Made by a program: the position numbers and the translations under genes. Under the pieces are notes generated by a model that did not search any database, was not told the origin of the DNA, and saw only the letters and a list, made by a program, of their open reading frames with translations. Below are positions 60,797-64,000 of a DNA stretch of 64,000 nt, piece by piece (the first letter of the stretch is position 1; each line of letters opens with the position of its first letter). The stretch is taken from NCBI GenBank assembly GCA_027493445.1, contig JAOSKU010000001.1, forward strand, positions 1,803,936-1,867,935, in the 5' to 3' direction. The stretch comes from Thermoleophilia bacterium. GTDB taxonomy: Bacteria; Actinomycetota; Thermoleophilia; RBG-16-64-13.

Positions 60797-60828
60797 TAAT
60801 CGCAAAAATCGCGATTAACCTCTATACT
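60797..60828 (+). promoter_or_regulatory. Operator/promoter of abiEi copy 4: TAATCGC aaaaatc GCGATTA inverted repeat overlapping -35, TATACT -10, GGAG RBS
   Basis: Read from the sequence directly upstream of the ATG at 60836. Confidence 0.4.
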
Positions 60829-60835
60829 GGAGCAC

Positions 60836-61660
60836 ATGGAACGACCGGTTCGCACTCTATCCAAGCGGGAGGCGGAGCTCGTCAGCTGGCTTGAAGCCGA
60901 GCGGCGGCTGAGCATCAGCCTGCCCGAGGTGAGGCGCACTCTGGGCTGGTCGGACTCCGTGGCTCGCAATACACTGTCACGGCTAGCCAAGAAGGGGTGG
61001 CTCCGTCGCACCGCCCTTGGCAGGTACGAGGCCGTTCTCGCCGAAACGGGCGGGTGGTCTGTCCCCAATCCCTGGGCGGCGCTGAGCACTTGGGGGCAGC
61101 GGTACTACGTCGGATTCAAGTCGGCCGCATATGAGCATGGTCTCACAGCCGATCGTCCGGGCAGTGTTCAGACGTGTGTGCCGACGGGCGCCCGCAGGCC
61201 GCTTTCGTGGGGCGACATTCCCATCGTCCTCATCTACCTCCCCAAGTTCGACTCGGCCGGGACGCAGTACAGGAAGCTGCATCAATTCGAGGTTGAGATC
61301 GCGTCGCCAGAGAAGATATTGGTCGACGGGGCTAGCCTTCCAGGACGCATGGGGGGTGTGCTCGGGCTCGCTCGGATCGTTGACCGCGCCGCGAACCAAG
61401 TCGACTGGGCGACCGTAGTTCAGCTCACGACTGCGTCACCCGGCGGGCGGGTGAGCCTGCGGCGGCTCGCCGCCTTGCTGGAGATCCTCGGCCGGGAGGT
61501 GCCGGATCCCCTGGCTAATGGGGCGACGGCGCGGCTGGGTGAGTCGGCACTCTTCCTCGGCGCGAGGCGAACGTACGGCGCACGCGGCGAGCGGCTGTCC
61601 CGCTGGCAGGTGATCGTCAATGTCGATCCGGCTGCGGTCCTCGAGGAGCTGCGACGCTGA
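60836..61660 (+). CDS. abiEi: AbiEi antitoxin
   Basis: 274 aa. LSKREAELVSWLEAERRLSISLPEV.. winged-helix N-domain. Confidence 0.75.
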   Translation: MERPVRTLSKREAELVSWLEAERRLSISLPEVRRTLGWSDSVARNTLSRLAKKGWLRRTALGRYEAVLAETGGWSVPNPWAALSTWGQRYYVGFKSAAYEHGLTADRPGSVQTCVPTGARRPLSWGDIPIVLIYLPKFDSAGTQYRKLHQFEVEIASPEKILVDGASLPGRMGGVLGLARIVDRAANQVDWATVVQLTTASPGGRVSLRRLAALLEILGREVPDPLANGATARLGESALFLGARRTYGARGERLSRWQVIVNVDPAAVLEELRR

Positions 61661-62257
61661 TGGTGCCGCTGGCCATCGTCCGACAGTACGCCGCCGGGCA
61701 GCAAATCAGCGTTGATGTGGCTGACCAGGAAATCGTCCTCCACTAGTGCGTCTTTGGCCACACCGGCCGCTTCTCGAAGGACATCGACTTCAGCGGTCAC
61801 GTCGCGTACGAGCACGAGAACGGCGCCGCCTCCACGGCCTCGACCCGTACGAGATGATCGCCGAGAAGATCATGGCCTGTAACCGTCGACGCGGCGGGTC
61901 CGCGAAGGATGTCATGACATGCTTCTCTGGTCCGAACGCCCTTTCAGTCATGACCTCGTCCGTCGCGTGGCTGTTCTGAAGGCGTGGACAGATCAGAGGA
62001 AGGCGCCGGCGTATGATCCCGACACCTTCGTGGCTGCGGTCGTGCCGGAAAACTACCGCTGGGAAGACCTGGAAGGACTGGTGCCTCGCCGCCTTCAGTC
62101 GAACCCTGAAGGCATCTGCGCCGCGGTCCGGAACAGGTTCGCTTTCCTGACCGCTAGCACCGAGCAGGAAGGCGTGCTCCTGGCTGATCAGGCATCGCAT
62201 CGCGAGGAGGACCTGTTCGGACAGCTCCGAGCCGAAGCGCGGTACTGGTCAGAATGA
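61657..62257 (+). pseudogene. AbiEii toxin pseudogene (in-frame TAG after 28 codons, deletion, frameshifts)
   Basis: MVPLAIVRQYAAGQQISVDVADQEIVLH stop, then ..FGHTGRFSKDIDFSGH.., ..DPYEMIAEKIMA.. and ..LKAWTDQRKAPAYDPDTF.. in different frames. Confidence 0.6.
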
Positions 62258-62945
62258 CTCACTGCACCGCCCCTTCGATCATAATGAGGTAGCGCGTCAT
62301 CTCCTCCGGCACCGGTGTAGAAGACGGTGGACTTGCCCTCGCTGAATGGCTGAAGGAGCATGGTCTTGCCGACGCGCCGCCGGCCCCACACAAGCGCTAC
62401 GCCCTGCCCAGGTGAGCCCCACCATTGTTCCAGAGCGGCCAATTCGTCCCGCCGGTCGACGAAGTCGTCCATGTCCTGAATTGGTGCACTTCCCTGTCGG
62501 TGCTTTGCGGGCTGCTGGGTCGGCCGCCCGTCTCTGTCACTGGCGAACGCAGCGGGGCGCCGAGGTCGATGCCGAGCCGCCGTCCTTGTCTACAGGGGGA
62601 CGGAAGTGGTCCCCTTGGGGTCGCGTGTGGTCGCCCTACCGTGGGAGTTCTTGGCCCGAGGGATCTCGCGCTAGCGGCCCTCCCACCGTCCGCAGCCGCA
62701 CGCAGTCTCCGCAGTCCCACGTGGTACCGTACGGGAAAGGTGGAGATGTATTGCCGGCACCAGACAAGGCTTTGCTCCTCGGAGGTGCGACCGAGGATGA
62801 GGTAGTTCTGACCGAGGCGGCGGTCTACCAGGTTGCGAAGCAGGGGAAACAGATCGGGCTGACGTTGGATCTCGTCGATGACGATGAGACCTCTCAGATC
62901 CTCCAGGGCAAGTTGCGACTTTACCGCCCCCGGTGCCACTCCCAA
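62188..62945 (-). pseudogene. Fragments of AAA ATPases (Arch_ATPase-like N-terminus and DUF4143-type with internal deletion)
   Basis: [16 protein letters not shown].. and ..LIVIDEIQRQPDLFPLLRNLVDRRLGQNYLILG..EEQSLVWCRQYISTF. Confidence 0.5.
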
Positions 62946-63745
62946 GCGTCACGCAGTATCTCCTCGAGCGATCCTCGCTCCGGCCGCCAGCCCAGCACTT
63001 CCCTAGCTCGCTCATTGGAGGCGATGAGGGTGGCCGGACCGCCCGCCCGTCTTGGGCCCATGGTGATCTTGATTTCTCGCCCCGTGACCTCAGCACAGGT
63101 GTGCAGCACCTCCAGGTTGGAGAATCCGCGCCCATTTCCCAGGCTGAACACAGCGCCCCCACCCGAGCCCGCATGAGCGCCGGCCTCCGCACCTCCTGCC
63201 CCGCTCCCACCGCCCAACCACTCCAGCCCCAGCCGATGCGCCTCGGCCAGATCGAGCCGTGGACGAAAGTCGCGCACGCAGGTGCGATCCGGCGTGGGGT
63301 AGTCGCTGCCGTAGACCTCCAGCTCGGCCTTACCCCCGGCCATGGCCTGCAGGATCCGGGGAATGATGTGCGTCTCAGGTTCGTGCCTCTCCCCCCGGGA
63401 GCCGTCCGGCCAGGGCCCGGCCACGTTGAAGTAGCGGAACCGAACGGTGCGCAAGCCGTGCAGGAGTCCATACCAGTCGAACAACTGCTCGAACGTGAGC
63501 TTGGCGGCCCCATAGGCGTTCATGGGAAGAAGGCGCGCGTCTTCCTTGATGGGTATGGCCACCGGCTCTCCGTAGGCCGCCGCGGTGGACGAGAGCACCG
63601 TCCCTGCACCCCCTGGCGCACCATGGCCTCCAGCATGACCAAAGGAGCGGCCACGTTGTTCTGGAAGTAGCGTCCGGGGTGGGCCTGCGACTCGGCTACC
63701 TCGATGTAGCCGGCGAGGTGCATGACTGAGTCCATGTCTGTCAAG
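62921..63745 (-). pseudogene. galE: Second, 5'-truncated galE copy with Gly/Ala-rich insertion
   Basis: ..MDSVMHLAGYIEVAESQAHPGRYFQNNVAAPLVMLEAMVRQG.. plus ..LSSTAAAYGEPVAIPIKEDARLLPMNAYGAAKLTFEQ..DYPTPDRTCVRDF..GGGSGAGGAEAGAHAGSGGGAVFSLGNGRGFSNLEVL.. The nucleotide repeat with 59330-59700 is visible. Confidence 0.6.
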
Positions 63746-64000
63746 GCCGGTTCAAATCTGACCCCTTGCTGGCGGAGCAGGTGCCCGAAGGAACCGGGGC
63801 TCCTCCTTTCAGTGCCCATCCCCCGTAGCATCAGTCGCCTCCCCAATACGGCGGTCCTGAGCATTGCCCACCTTCGCTCGCGGCTTGGCTGCAGGGCGAT
63901 ACCTCCCTAGGCATGCCCCACTGAGCCTCCGGAGCTTGGCTGACTCGGAGGTTGAACCACCTTTCTTCCGAAGCGCAAGAAGTCAATGGCAAACACGAGG

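Noticed and set aside
1-64000. tRNA, rRNA, CRISPR arrays, integrase/recombinase genes
   Set aside because: I scanned for T-loop-like GGTTCGAATCC motifs and regularly spaced direct repeats and found none. No tyrosine or serine recombinase motifs were seen. Their absence by eye is not conclusive.

Overview
High-GC bacterial chromosomal segment in three blocks. The sequence also carries many apparent single-base indels next to homopolymer runs.
(1) 1-17.7 kb: a surface-polysaccharide locus of the ABC-transporter-dependent type. On the minus strand it runs wzm, wzt, SAM methyltransferase, GT4; a WbaP-like initiating phosphotransferase lies further right at 13.0-14.5 kb. Divergently on the plus strand: DegT-family sugar aminotransferase, NeuD/PglD-type acetyltransferase, second GT4. 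Next come a secreted M6 (InhA-like) metalloprotease, a mazEF pair, a two-gene operon (secreted protein with an unusual C-terminal domain plus a 4-TM Pro/Gln-rich membrane protein), a HepT/MNT pair, and a membrane GGDEF diguanylate cyclase followed directly by a type IV pilin-like gene.
(2) 22.4-33.2 kb: a catabolic-looking operon (APC permease, acyl-CoA dehydrogenase, EtfB, EtfA, UroD/MtaA-family protein) divergent from a GAF sensor kinase, NarL-type response regulator and a second APC permease.
(3) 17.8-22.3 kb and 33.2-64 kb: an extraordinarily dense toxin-antitoxin/abortive-infection island. It holds more than 25 modules: VapBC of several families, Phd-VapC, RHH-PIN, HEPN/MNT, HepT/MNT, GNAT-DUF1778, HigBA, MazF pieces and four AbiEi/AbiEii pairs. 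It also holds NERD and DUF4143 ATPase genes, an intact IS256-family element with an 8-bp target duplication, a decayed IS1595 transposase, and decayed galE copies. Many modules are truncated, chimeric or duplicated: a 286-nt perfect vapC duplicate, a paralogous ~0.8-kb vapBC pair, and a family of ~175-nt long-palindrome repeats.
No rRNA, tRNA or CRISPR was recognised.
At least 15 genes are split across frames at G/C homopolymers, including etfA, the IS256 transposase and wbaP. These could be sequencing artefacts or pseudogenes; I cannot decide from sequence alone. Coordinates of frameshifted genes span the reconstructed gene.
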